This document shows, piece by piece, positions 30,213-39,547 of a DNA stretch of 39,547 bases (positions are counted from its first letter, which is position 1; each line of letters begins with the position of its first letter). The stretch covers positions 1-39,547 of the forward strand of contig JBHHTW010000018.1 of assembly GCA_046861385.1 (NCBI GenBank), given 5' to 3'. The DNA is from Fidelibacterota bacterium (GTDB taxonomy: Bacteria > Fidelibacterota > Marinisomatia > Marinisomatales > TCS55). The notes beneath the pieces are model-generated. The model saw only the letters and a program-made list of their open reading frames with translations. It did not search any database and was not told the DNA's origin. A program made the translations under genes and the position numbers.

Positions 30213-30381
30213 GTAATGGTGTTTTCCAATCATAAAATTTAAGTTTGACCGGGAAATGCTCCAATAACCTAGCGCTAGGAATTCGAGATTTGGATGAAGA
30301 TTAAAAATAAAGATATTCAGGTTAAGATATTATTGGTCAAATAAACCATTTGCCGTAACTTTGAGAGTACCGGAGAGAAAA

Positions 30382-31338
30382 ATGAAAAGAGTACCTCTAT
30401 TAATATTAATATTCGTTGGATTTGCATTTGCATTGGATTGCTCAGCTGATTCCTCATATCATATTGACAATCGAACTTTACTCCTTGATGGAGTGACTCC
30501 AAATCCCAACTTTAATCACACAATAGCTACCGGCCTCTGTGCCTGTCTTGGATTTGAGTCCACTCTTTCGGGTATGCCGGAAGATTCAACCATAACCCTC
30601 ATTGTAAAAATCATCGATCATGAACCCATACGCGGAGTTCAGGTTAATATTTACCATGATGCTGGATCCTCGCTTGTATTTGGCGATGTAGGAGCCGCTT
30701 ATAAAGGTAAAAAACTAGAAATGGTTTATGATGACAACGGGCAAGCTATGACCGCTTCAGATGCCATGCAGATTTTAAGCAATGAAGTGGATGATCATGT
30801 AACAGTCATCGTTTATAGTACAAACCGTGCTCAGACTGCCGGAGATGGCGAGGAGGGGGTTTTATTTACGATAACGTATAAAGCACTCAATGGTCATCAA
30901 GGGCTGCCCTCAACTATTACGTTCTATCTTGATGAAGTAAAATTACCCGGAACCTCTTCAGCGCCCGATTTATTGAATGTATCATGCGAATATCCCGGAA
31001 TTGATAATGCAGTTACCTTTAATACGTCGGAAATGGGTATCGATAGTGAAACGATTCCAACTGTTTTTAGCTTGTCGCAGAACTATCCCAATCCATTCAA
31101 TCCCACAACCCGGATCGCATTTGATCTACCCGAAAAATCAAGTATTAATATGGTTATTTACAACGTTCTTGGACAACAAGTTAACTTACTTGAAAGTAAT
31201 ATTTTGAAAGCCGGCCATCATATTTTGGAATGGAATGGACTAGATACTCATGGCAATGAAGTCGCATCAGGAATATATTTTTATGAACTTCGAACAAAGA
31301 ATTTTGTGGCTAGGAAAAAAATGCTTTTGTTACGGTAA
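30382..31338 (+). CDS. Secreted protein with cohesin-like domain and C-terminal FlgD-Ig/T9SS-type sorting domain
   Basis: ATG at 30382 after GGAGAG; signal peptide MKRVPLLILIFVGFAFA; 'PIRGVQVNI...GEEGVLFTITY' cohesin-like pattern; QNYPNPFNP...KKMLLLR. Confidence 0.82.
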   Translation: MKRVPLLILIFVGFAFALDCSADSSYHIDNRTLLLDGVTPNPNFNHTIATGLCACLGFESTLSGMPEDSTITLIVKIIDHEPIRGVQVNIYHDAGSSLVFGDVGAAYKGKKLEMVYDDNGQAMTASDAMQILSNEVDDHVTVIVYSTNRAQTAGDGEEGVLFTITYKALNGHQGLPSTITFYLDEVKLPGTSSAPDLLNVSCEYPGIDNAVTFNTSEMGIDSETIPTVFSLSQNYPNPFNPTTRIAFDLPEKSSINMVIYNVLGQQVNLLESNILKAGHHILEWNGLDTHGNEVASGIYFYELRTKNFVARKKMLLLR

Positions 31339-31366
31339 ATAGTTTAGACTTTAACTCAATTTGTAT

Positions 31367-31402
31367 AAATTCCCCTGCCCTTGAGGTTAGGGGAATTTTT
31401 TT
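31367..31402 (+). terminator. Intrinsic terminator-like hairpin
   Basis: aaattcccctgccc-ttga-ggttaggggaattt followed by a T-run. Confidence 0.7.
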
Positions 31403-32458
31403 ATGCATAGTAAAATCATATTAATTATCATGTTGTTGCTTGTTGTCTTAACAGGTCAAGATCAATATCGGTCCATCCGAAATGCTCAGGATGATTGGCA
31501 GGATTATACTCAATTCCAAAGACATGAATTATTATCCTTTTGTGATTTTCTTATTAATGAAGGGAATTATGATCGAGCATTATTAAGTCTTTTTCAATAT
31601 TTATACCGATACCCGGGGGATAGCCTTGAAACGGTTATTTATTACTATATTGCTCAGAGTTACGAATATTCCGAAAACTCTGACCTGGCAATTATGTATT
31701 ACGATCGGGTTCAGGAGATGTCAAGAGATACTGATCTGGTGTTTCGTGCAGCCGAATTTAGGAAGTTGTATTTACGATTAGAAGCAGGAGATTATGAAGG
31801 TGTATTGGAAAGAACAGAACTGTCGGATAATCCATATGATCTCATATTTCGGGGATATGCATTTTTTAATAAAATGGAATGGATTAATGCTCGTCAAGCG
31901 TTTTTAGCCGCAGAAGAACAGTTTGACCATCCGTATTATTCGAATCGATTGGCTCCACTGTACAAGGCAATTGATGCATCAGCGAATGTACCCTTAAGAA
32001 ATAAATGGGTATCGTTTGCTGCTTCGTTTGTGCCAGGGGGAGGACATGCATATTTAGACCAATGGGAAGCCGCTGGGGGAACGATGATTTCATTTATTCT
32101 TATTTCTTCTATGATCAGTTCGTCAGCGCTATTACAATCCGGAGAATTGTATTACGAAGAATCAAACCAAGCTAGTATTCCTTTATCCGATGGTATCAAA
32201 ACATCAAACGGTAATTTTACTACTCAACAAGGATATCGTATTCCGGATAAAATCAAATTGACAAACTCAAATTTTAAACCGTTAATACCTCCGTTAATTA
32301 TTGGTGCAGGGCTATACATCGGCAGTATTTGGAAAACATGGATGGATGTAGACGAAGCGAATAAAGCGCGAGTAGAAAAATTTGTTGGAAATGTGACGAA
32401 TAAAATTTCTATCGATCGATTTATGGATTTTCCTGAGCCTGAGTTATTTGTGAAATAA
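31403..32458 (+). CDS. Tetratricopeptide-repeat exported/membrane protein
   Basis: Signal peptide, TPR-like helices (GNYDRAL, YYIAQSYE), 'S.VPGGGHAY' motif followed by hydrophobic segments. Confidence 0.75.
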   Translation: MHSKIILIIMLLLVVLTGQDQYRSIRNAQDDWQDYTQFQRHELLSFCDFLINEGNYDRALLSLFQYLYRYPGDSLETVIYYYIAQSYEYSENSDLAIMYYDRVQEMSRDTDLVFRAAEFRKLYLRLEAGDYEGVLERTELSDNPYDLIFRGYAFFNKMEWINARQAFLAAEEQFDHPYYSNRLAPLYKAIDASANVPLRNKWVSFAASFVPGGGHAYLDQWEAAGGTMISFILISSMISSSALLQSGELYYEESNQASIPLSDGIKTSNGNFTTQQGYRIPDKIKLTNSNFKPLIPPLIIGAGLYIGSIWKTWMDVDEANKARVEKFVGNVTNKISIDRFMDFPEPELFVK

Positions 32459-32920
32459 AAACAAAACTATCATTCGGTACAGTAAATAAACATCTTATAT
32501 ATTAGGAGAAATTTGTTTAATCAAGTAGAATAGTCCATTTTTAAGTATGGATAGTCGTTTCGTTGTTTGACTTTTTTCATTTTTGTTTTGAACAGTAAAA
32601 CCATCCTTTATCAGAATTCAATGGAATCAGCAGGACTCTTATATATAGCGCTCAAATGTAATAAATGGTCATAATCCATAGAGCAGTAATAATGTTTTTT
32701 GGCAGTTTTAGTCTTCTAACCATTTCTACCCGACACAAGCATATATTTTCTAGTATTTAATTTATGAACTGCGAAAACTCTGATGCTCATAGTACCCAAA
32801 ATATTTATCTATATTGAATATTTTGACAGGTATAAATGGTAAAAATTATACTGTAAATAATATTTGCCAGTCATGAATTGGGATACTTAAATTTGGGGGC
32901 TATACCCTAATGAAAGAATT

Positions 32921-33349
32921 ATGATTACAAAAACAATAAAAGCATCAGAAATACAAAAAGATTGGTACATGGCCGATGCCGATGGAAAAGTTTTAGGCCG
33001 GTTTGCGAGTGAAATTGCCCAGATATTAAGGGGAAAACACAAACCAAATTTTAGTCCCAATATGGATATGGGTGATTTTGTGGTGGTGATTAATGCTGAA
33101 AAAGTAAAAGTCACTGGCAATAAAGAAACAGATAAAACATATTTCCGTCATTCCGGATATCCCGGAGGTACTACGTTTACTGATTTTAATCATATGCGGC
33201 GGACCTTTCCTGAACGAATCATTGAAAGTGCTGTCAAAGGCATGCTTCCTAAGAATAAACTGGGTCGCGCTATTATGAAACATCTAAAAATTTATACAGG
33301 ACCCAACCACCCGCATTCAGCTCAACAACCAAAACAATTGGATATTTAA
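32921..33349 (+). CDS. rplM: 50S ribosomal protein L13
   Basis: [43 protein letters not shown]. Confidence 0.98.
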   Translation: MITKTIKASEIQKDWYMADADGKVLGRFASEIAQILRGKHKPNFSPNMDMGDFVVVINAEKVKVTGNKETDKTYFRHSGYPGGTTFTDFNHMRRTFPERIIESAVKGMLPKNKLGRAIMKHLKIYTGPNHPHSAQQPKQLDI

Positions 33350-33352
33350 TAT

Positions 33353-33745
33353 ATGACAAAAGCAGTTTTTATCGGAATAGGACGCAGGAAATCATCGGTA
33401 GCCAGGGTCAGAGTCACTCCGGGAAAAGGAAAAATTCTTGTGAATGGCCGGGACTTCAAACAGTATCTTTGCAGAGATACTCTGGCAACGGTTGTCACTC
33501 AACCCTTACACACGGTTGAAGCGATAGATAAATACGATATAAGTGTCAACGTAAACGGCGGCGGATTAACAGGTCAAGCGGGTGCCATCAGATTGGGAAT
33601 TGCTCGAGCACTCCTACAGGTGGATAGTGATCATCGCCCTTCGTTAAAGGCAGCCGGTTTTCTCGTGCGTGATGCTCGGAAAGTTGAACGGAAAAAATAC
33701 GGACAACCCGGCGCACGTAAACGATTTCAATTTTCAAAACGGTAA
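33353..33745 (+). CDS. rpsI: 30S ribosomal protein S9
   Basis: [39 protein letters not shown]. Confidence 0.98.
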   Translation: MTKAVFIGIGRRKSSVARVRVTPGKGKILVNGRDFKQYLCRDTLATVVTQPLHTVEAIDKYDISVNVNGGGLTGQAGAIRLGIARALLQVDSDHRPSLKAAGFLVRDARKVERKKYGQPGARKRFQFSKR

Positions 33746-33751
33746 GGATTT

Positions 33752-34633
33752 ATGGCTGATATCAAATTTGAAGATTTACTTACTACCGGTGCTCATTTTG
33801 GGCACGTTAGAAGCAAATGGAACCCTGCGTTCGAACCTTTTATTCTCATGGAAAAGAATGGCGTTCATATCATTAATCTTGACGAAACAATAAAAAGTTT
33901 TACTAAGACGCTTGAATTTGTTCGCAAGGTAGTAAGGCAAAATGGGGAATTCCTTTTTGTTGGTACGAAGAAACAAGCACGTGATATTGTTCAACAAGAA
34001 GCTGATCGTTGCGGAATGTTTTATGTAGTGGAACGATGGTTGGGAGGAACTCTAACAAATTTTTCCACTATTAAAAAAAGTATTAAAAGGTTACAGCTTC
34101 TTGAAAAAGAAGGGTCAAGGATTTATGAAAACTTGACCAAAAAAGAAATTCAAATGCTCAATCGCGAACGAATTAAACTCGCCGACCAGCATCGTGGTAT
34201 TAAAGATATGAAACGCCTCCCGGATGCAATTATTGTCGTGGATGCAAATTATGAATTGACTGCAGTAAAAGAAGCAAAATTATTAGAAATTCCAGTGATT
34301 GCGATAGTTGATACGAATACCAATCCCAATTCAGTAGATTACCCCATACCGGCAAATGACGATTCTATCCGGACGATACAATTGATTATTTCTGCTATTA
34401 CTGATGAAATACTCTTGGCAATTGGTAAAGAAAAAAATGATCAACAAGTTGAAATAGCTAATCAGAAACCGGATAAAAACGATTCGATTCAAACGCCAGA
34501 ATTACCCAAAGAAAGCCAAGTAGCTGAATCTTCGGAAAAATCAAAAGATACGTTGTCTGAAAAGACTGAAACAATCCCAGAAGAATCAAAAAAAGTCAGG
34601 AAAGAACCAAAAAAGGAAACTGAAAAAAAATGA
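33752..34633 (+). CDS. rpsB: 30S ribosomal protein S2
   Basis: [33 protein letters not shown]; charged C-terminal tail. Confidence 0.98.
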   Translation: MADIKFEDLLTTGAHFGHVRSKWNPAFEPFILMEKNGVHIINLDETIKSFTKTLEFVRKVVRQNGEFLFVGTKKQARDIVQQEADRCGMFYVVERWLGGTLTNFSTIKKSIKRLQLLEKEGSRIYENLTKKEIQMLNRERIKLADQHRGIKDMKRLPDAIIVVDANYELTAVKEAKLLEIPVIAIVDTNTNPNSVDYPIPANDDSIRTIQLIISAITDEILLAIGKEKNDQQVEIANQKPDKNDSIQTPELPKESQVAESSEKSKDTLSEKTETIPEESKKVRKEPKKETEKK

Positions 34634-35250
34634 GTATCAGTGCTCAAGTAGTAAAAGAACTACGAGATAAAACCGGCGCAGGAATGATGGACTGTAAAAA
34701 GGCTCTGGTAAATTCAAATGGTAATGTTGAAAAAGCCTTAGTGTTTTTACGTAAAAGCGGTATTGCCAAAGCAGAGAAAAAGGGTTCCAGAGAAGCAAAG
34801 GAAGGAATCGTTTATTCATATATTCATCATGGCGGTCGTTTAGGTGTATTGGTTGAATTGAACTGTGAAACAGATTTCGTTGCGAAAACAGATGGTTTTA
34901 AAGAATTGGCCCATAATTTAGCCATGCAGATTGCAGCTACAAATCCTGTGGCTGTCTCTCAAAATGATGTCCCGAAAGAGTTGATTGAAAAAGAAAAAGA
35001 AATTTTCAGTTCTCAGGCAGCCTCATCTGGTAAGTCTGAACACATTATTGAAAAAATTGTTGAGGGACGCATCAATAAATATTTTCAGGAAATTTGTTTG
35101 CTTGAGCAACCTTTTATTAAAGATCCTGATAAACACGTTCGTGATTTGATTACGGAAGCGGTGGCAACACTTGGCGAAAATATCACCGTAGGTCGTTACA
35201 CGCGATTTGCTGTAGGTGAAACTATTATTTCAAGCAACGGTCAAGTATAG
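34630..35250 (+). CDS. tsf: Elongation factor Ts (short form)
   Basis: [29 protein letters not shown]; 206 aa. Confidence 0.97.
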   Translation: MSISAQVVKELRDKTGAGMMDCKKALVNSNGNVEKALVFLRKSGIAKAEKKGSREAKEGIVYSYIHHGGRLGVLVELNCETDFVAKTDGFKELAHNLAMQIAATNPVAVSQNDVPKELIEKEKEIFSSQAASSGKSEHIIEKIVEGRINKYFQEICLLEQPFIKDPDKHVRDLITEAVATLGENITVGRYTRFAVGETIISSNGQV

Positions 35251-35263
35251 ACCGTAATCTTTT

Positions 35264-35980
35264 ATGTCTAAACTGCTATACCAGCGAGTTCTGCTGAAAT
35301 TCAGTGGAGAAGCTCTTGCGGGTAAAAGTGGTTTTGGCATTGATCCCTCCAAAGCATTACAACTCTCTAAAGAAATTAAATCTGTTCACGATCTGGGTGT
35401 TGGTATCATTCTGATTGTCGGCGCTGGAAACATATTCCGTGGCGTGCAAGCTGCCAATAAGGGTATGGACAGGGTGACCGGTGATTATCTTGGTATGTTA
35501 GCTACAATAATGAATGCTATCAGCTTACAAGATGCTTTGGAACATACGGGAGTGGAAACTCGTACGCTTTCCGCCATTACTGTCACACAAATTTCTGAAC
35601 CATATATACGTCGCCGAGCACTGCGCCACTTAGAAAAGGGACGAATAGTGATTGTTGCCGGTGGCACTGGAAATCCTTATTTTACAACTGATACGGCTGC
35701 CGTTTTAAGGGCAACAGAACTGAGAGCAGAAGTTGTAGTTAAAGCCACAAAAGTTGACGGTATATTTGATAAGGACCCTGTAAGTCATCCTGATGCTGTC
35801 AGATTTGATACGGTTACTTTTGAAGAAGTATTAAACAAAAACTTACGGGTCATGGATCTCACGGCAATTACCTTATGCAAAGAAAATAATTTACCGATTC
35901 GAGTGTTAAATATGAACGAATCGGGATCAATGGTTCGCATGCTTCAGGGCGAAGATATCGGCACTTTGGTAACGGAGTAA
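35264..35980 (+). CDS. pyrH: UMP kinase
   Basis: LLKFSGEAL, GAGNIFRG, GTGNPYFTTDTAA, VMDLTA. Confidence 0.97.
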   Translation: MSKLLYQRVLLKFSGEALAGKSGFGIDPSKALQLSKEIKSVHDLGVGIILIVGAGNIFRGVQAANKGMDRVTGDYLGMLATIMNAISLQDALEHTGVETRTLSAITVTQISEPYIRRRALRHLEKGRIVIVAGGTGNPYFTTDTAAVLRATELRAEVVVKATKVDGIFDKDPVSHPDAVRFDTVTFEEVLNKNLRVMDLTAITLCKENNLPIRVLNMNESGSMVRMLQGEDIGTLVTE

Positions 35981-35982
35981 AT

Positions 35983-36540
35983 ATGTTAAAAGAAATTTTT
36001 ATTGATACAAAACATCGGATGGATCAATCGGTAGAACACTTGCGAATGGAACTTGCAAAAGTTAGAACCGGAAGGGCAAATCCGGAACTGGTCGAGTCAC
36101 TGACGATTGATTATTATGGTTCGACCACTCCTTTAAATCAATTATCGAATATTTCTGTTCCTGAACCACGATTAATAACCATTCAACCTTTTGATAAATC
36201 AATTATGCCCGAGATTGAAAAAGCCATAATGGGAAGTAATCTTGGACTCACTCCCAATAATAATGGAGAAATCATCCTAATCCCTATTCCACAATTATCA
36301 GAAGAACGTCGCAGAGATTTAATAAAGGTGGTCCATCAATTAGTTGAAGAAGCACGTATTTCTGTCCGAAATGTTAGGAAAGATGCCAATCATCACATAA
36401 AAATGGTTCAGGATCAGGGGCATATTTCTGAAGATGAAATTAAGCGGGCAGAAGTTGATATACAGGAATTCACAAATAAACATATCGAACGATTGAACGA
36501 GATGATGGCTCATAAAGAAAAAGAATTGATGGAATTTTAA
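35983..36540 (+). CDS. frr: Ribosome recycling factor
   Basis: RTGRANP, DYYG..TPL, LGLTP, LSEERR, RNVRKDAN. Confidence 0.97.
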   Translation: MLKEIFIDTKHRMDQSVEHLRMELAKVRTGRANPELVESLTIDYYGSTTPLNQLSNISVPEPRLITIQPFDKSIMPEIEKAIMGSNLGLTPNNNGEIILIPIPQLSEERRRDLIKVVHQLVEEARISVRNVRKDANHHIKMVQDQGHISEDEIKRAEVDIQEFTNKHIERLNEMMAHKEKELMEF

Positions 36541-36555
36541 TATTTCTTTTTAACG

Positions 36556-36590
36556 AAAAAAAAGCCTTCTCAATTTGAGGAGGCTTTTTT
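36556..36590. terminator. Bidirectional intrinsic terminator between frr and nrdJ
   Basis: aaaaaaaagccttctca-att-tgaggaggctttttt, A-tract and T-tract on either side, between convergent genes. Confidence 0.9.
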
Positions 36591-36615
36591 ATTTCATTAT
36601 TTTGGCTTATTAGCC

Positions 36616-39033
36616 CTAATCACATTTTGAAAAACCACAACTTGGGCAAGTAACGCATCCTTCCTGATGTTGGACTGTGCTGCCGCAATCCGGACATGTA
36701 ACCAAGTTTTTGGTTGTATAGTCCGCAACTTCTTTCGTGTGAACATCTTTTGCCGAAGCCAGGGTAAACTGAATATGCTGATCATCGGTTCCATTGGTTT
36801 CACGATTTTTCAAATAGTCATCCAGCGCTTTTCCGATAGCATCGGGAGTTGAAAGTATGAGTCGACCATCTTCCCATGTTGGGTTGGGACCACTAATTCC
36901 CTTTAATTGTTTCACAATTGCATAGGGATCAACGCTAGAGCGCAGGGCAAGTGATATCAGTCGACTGATTGCTTCAGATTGTGCTGCTGCATGTCCGCCT
37001 GCTTTTCCAATGGTTGTAAACACTTCACACAAACCATTTTTGTCTTCGTTTATCGTTATATATAATGAACCTTCACCAGTACGGATTCTGCGCGTTGTGC
37101 CGGATGTCATCACCGGACGGATTCGAGGTGCCTTATTCGCCTGTATAATTGGTTTCCCGAAGGTGGATGTATCTGCGTTTTTTACTTCGGAATCTTTTGC
37201 TTGATCTTTGTCAGTAATTAAAATTCCTTCTCTGCTTCCTTCTCTGTAAACAGTAATTCCTTTTAATCCGGCTTTATAGGCTTCCATATAAATTTCACCT
37301 ACTGTATTCACAGTGATTTCTTCAGCGAGATTTACCGTTGAAGAAATTGAGCTATCAATGTACTTTTGAATTGCTCCCTGCATTTTTACTCTGAAAAAAG
37401 GGTCAATGTTATGAGCTGTTACGACAAACTCAGGCAGTTTTTCATCACTTCCAAATAATTGACCAATCACCGGATGATAAACCTTGTACTCACTAAAGGA
37501 ACGGCCATAGCTATCGTTTTGTTTTACCCGACGTTTATAGGAGGTGGCAAATATAGGCTCAACACCTGATGTCACCCTGGCTACGATTGCACCGCTTCCC
37601 GTAGGAGCAACAGTGTTGAGGGTAGAATTCCGGATACCATTTTCACGAATACTTTTTTGAATTGCTTTTGGTAAATTTTTCACAAATTTACTTTTAGAGT
37701 ACCCAGACCAATCAAAGTTCGGGAATTGCCCTTTTTCCTTTGCAAGTTCAATACTCGTTTCGTAGGAGGTATCCCTGAAGATTTTCATGATTTGTTCAAT
37801 CGTTTGCAGGGCATCTTCGCTGTCATATTTAATCCCCATGCGCACCAGCATATCACCGAGACCTAGAATTCCTATTCCAATTCGCCGATCGTTTAAAGCA
37901 TTTAATTTTTGATCCTCAAGCGCATGCCGTTCTAAATTATAATCAATGACATTATCCAAAAATCGAGTTCCAACCGCTATCGTCTCCTTAAAATCCTCTA
38001 TGTTAAAATTGCCGTCTTTATCAACGAATCTCTCCAAATTCACAGCACCAAGATTGCAGCAACCGCCATCAGGTAATGGTTGCTCAGCACAGGGATTTGT
38101 TGAAACCAAAGGACTGCAATATTCAGCGTTATGGTAATCCTTCATCGTATCCCAAAATAGTAATCCCGGTTCCGCACTGGAATGTGCATGTTTGATGATC
38201 TGATTCCAGACAGTTTTTGCTTTAACTGTTTTATATACTTTATCTTTAAATATCAAGTCAAAGTTTTTATCATTTTCAACTGCGTCCATGAATTTATGAG
38301 TTAAGAGAACTGATATATTGGAATATTTGACCATGTCTAAATTATTCGTTTTTATCTCAATAAATTTCTCAATATCCGGATGGTCGATACGAAGTGTTTG
38401 CATATTTGCTCCACGTCTGCCATGTTGAGCAATGGTATTCGTATTTTCCGAGAATAGATTCATAAATCCGGTTGGACCGCAGCTTTCGCCACCGGTTCCG
38501 TTTATGGCATCACCTGCAGGGCGCAGGTTTGATAAGTCATGACCACATCCCCCACCATATTTATACGTCAGAGCTTCATTAATAATGGTATTGTAAATAG
38601 AATGAATGGAGTCGTCTTTGATAGCAGAAACATAGCAATTATTCAACGTGGTAGTGATGTCATCTCTTCCGGCTCCATGCATTATGCGCCCGCCAGGAAC
38701 AAATTTAAAATCTTCAAGAACATGGGAAAATTTTACTGCCCATTGTTCCTGGAGTTTTTTTGTTTTCTCAACCGAGGCCATGGCTTTGGCCTGTCGCTGC
38801 CAAATTTCGTATGGGTGTGTTTCCCAAGGTGCCAGGTATTTATTTTTTAAAACATCGGCACCCAAAGAATCATCTTTGTAGTAATTATTGATTAAATATT
38901 TTTCAGGAATATCCTGTTCTGACTGTTCATTCGTTTCCCACTGGATTACCCGAACAGTATCTAAAATTTCCGGAGTAATTTCCTGCTGACCTTTCATCGG
39001 CTGATTCAGGTTCAGTTCCATTGCTTCTGCCAT
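36616..39033 (-). CDS. nrdJ: Adenosylcobalamin-dependent (class II) ribonucleotide reductase
   Basis: PGGRI, NNCYV, GRRGANM, TNPCAEQPL, CNLG, APTGS, SSTVNL, KGITVYR; C-terminal TSCPD-like domain and CPDCG..EGC..C..CGFSKC ribbon; no adjacent beta subunit. Confidence 0.95.
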   Translation of the reverse strand: MAEAMELNLNQPMKGQQEITPEILDTVRVIQWETNEQSEQDIPEKYLINNYYKDDSLGADVLKNKYLAPWETHPYEIWQRQAKAMASVEKTKKLQEQWAVKFSHVLEDFKFVPGGRIMHGAGRDDITTTLNNCYVSAIKDDSIHSIYNTIINEALTYKYGGGCGHDLSNLRPAGDAINGTGGESCGPTGFMNLFSENTNTIAQHGRRGANMQTLRIDHPDIEKFIEIKTNNLDMVKYSNISVLLTHKFMDAVENDKNFDLIFKDKVYKTVKAKTVWNQIIKHAHSSAEPGLLFWDTMKDYHNAEYCSPLVSTNPCAEQPLPDGGCCNLGAVNLERFVDKDGNFNIEDFKETIAVGTRFLDNVIDYNLERHALEDQKLNALNDRRIGIGILGLGDMLVRMGIKYDSEDALQTIEQIMKIFRDTSYETSIELAKEKGQFPNFDWSGYSKSKFVKNLPKAIQKSIRENGIRNSTLNTVAPTGSGAIVARVTSGVEPIFATSYKRRVKQNDSYGRSFSEYKVYHPVIGQLFGSDEKLPEFVVTAHNIDPFFRVKMQGAIQKYIDSSISSTVNLAEEITVNTVGEIYMEAYKAGLKGITVYREGSREGILITDKDQAKDSEVKNADTSTFGKPIIQANKAPRIRPVMTSGTTRRIRTGEGSLYITINEDKNGLCEVFTTIGKAGGHAAAQSEAISRLISLALRSSVDPYAIVKQLKGISGPNPTWEDGRLILSTPDAIGKALDDYLKNRETNGTDDQHIQFTLASAKDVHTKEVADYTTKNLVTCPDCGSTVQHQEGCVTCPSCGFSKCD

Positions 39034-39493
39034 TTGTTTCCTTAGAGGTATGTGGTGTTATCAATTAATTTGTCAATAATAGGCAAGCAATCAAAAGTGA
39101 AAAAGTCACTGGGGTTGGCAACGACAATATATTTAACAGTAAAGATTTGAACAAGAAGAAAAGTGAATAACACCGATTTATCGTCGGGAAAAATAAAGCA
39201 GGAGAAAAAAGTCCAATATCTATTCATAAAATAAGCAATGAGAATAAATAATATAATAGGTTATAATCATATCCATTTTGAAAATTCAGTCTACCGTTTC
39301 CGTCGTGAATAATATTCATAATTTCATTTTTGGATTAAAGCCCCAAAGAAATACAATTGGTCATAATATCACTTATATTGAATACATAAAATCAACAAGC
39401 TCCACCAAAAACGATTCTGCCTTATTTACTGAGCCTTTATAACTGAAAACGTTGCCAAGCGATGAGAAATATAGGTATTTTCGATCTCAATGT

Positions 39494-39547
39494 GCGGGCG
39501 TCGTATAATGGTTATTACCCGAGCTTCCCAAGCTCGTGACGTGAGTT
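39494..39547 (+). tRNA. tRNA-Gly (CCC), 3'-truncated by the window edge
   Basis: GCGGGCG acceptor strand, D-arm GTATAATGGTTATTAC, anticodon stem CGAGC/GCTCG with loop TTCCCAA, start of the T-arm GTGAGTT. Confidence 0.92.

Noticed and set aside
367..38881. Numerous 60-185 aa ORFs nested in or antisense to the main genes
   Set aside because: They are shadow frames of well-supported genes, with no independent motifs.
36616..39033. Intein or intron in nrdJ
   Set aside because: The ORF is continuous at normal length, with intact motifs and no splice-junction signatures.
39042..39227. 61-aa minus-strand ORF and possible NrdR boxes upstream of nrdJ
   Set aside because: The ORF has no recognisable features. 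Candidates such as cgacaatatatttaac lack the conserved G of the NrdR box and are expected by chance in AT-rich DNA.

Overview
Bacterial chromosomal window, AT-rich and mostly housekeeping. Gene content and order (ileS-dksA-lspA; rplM-rpsI-rpsB-tsf-pyrH-frr; three secreted proteins ending in an 'NYPNPFNP...KMLLL[KR]' domain) point by inference to an FCB-group organism, plausibly Marinimicrobia (SAR406). Left ~9 kb: two tandem secreted beta-helix proteins (the first truncated by the window edge) that share a 334-bp near-identical 3' block covering the C-terminal sorting domain, the stop codon and a palindromic element. Next come a divergent eIF2B-like gene, a structured intergenic region, and the cluster ileS(type 2)-dksA-lspA-rluD-xerC-pckA-hpf-metK-ahcY. 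Then an unknown lipoprotein + beta-barrel pair, lptF/G, an alanine-family symporter coupled to murQ, a hydrolase, a third secreted protein, a TPR protein, the ribosomal/translation operon, a convergent class II ribonucleotide reductase and a truncated tRNA-Gly(CCC). No transposase, CRISPR array, prophage or reverse transcriptase was seen. I cannot establish a new system from sequence alone. The best leads are the duplicated sorting-domain/palindrome block with apparently swapped N-terminal modules, the IleRS2 with a GVHH motif and lost zinc ligands, and the lipoprotein/barrel and symporter/murQ pairs.
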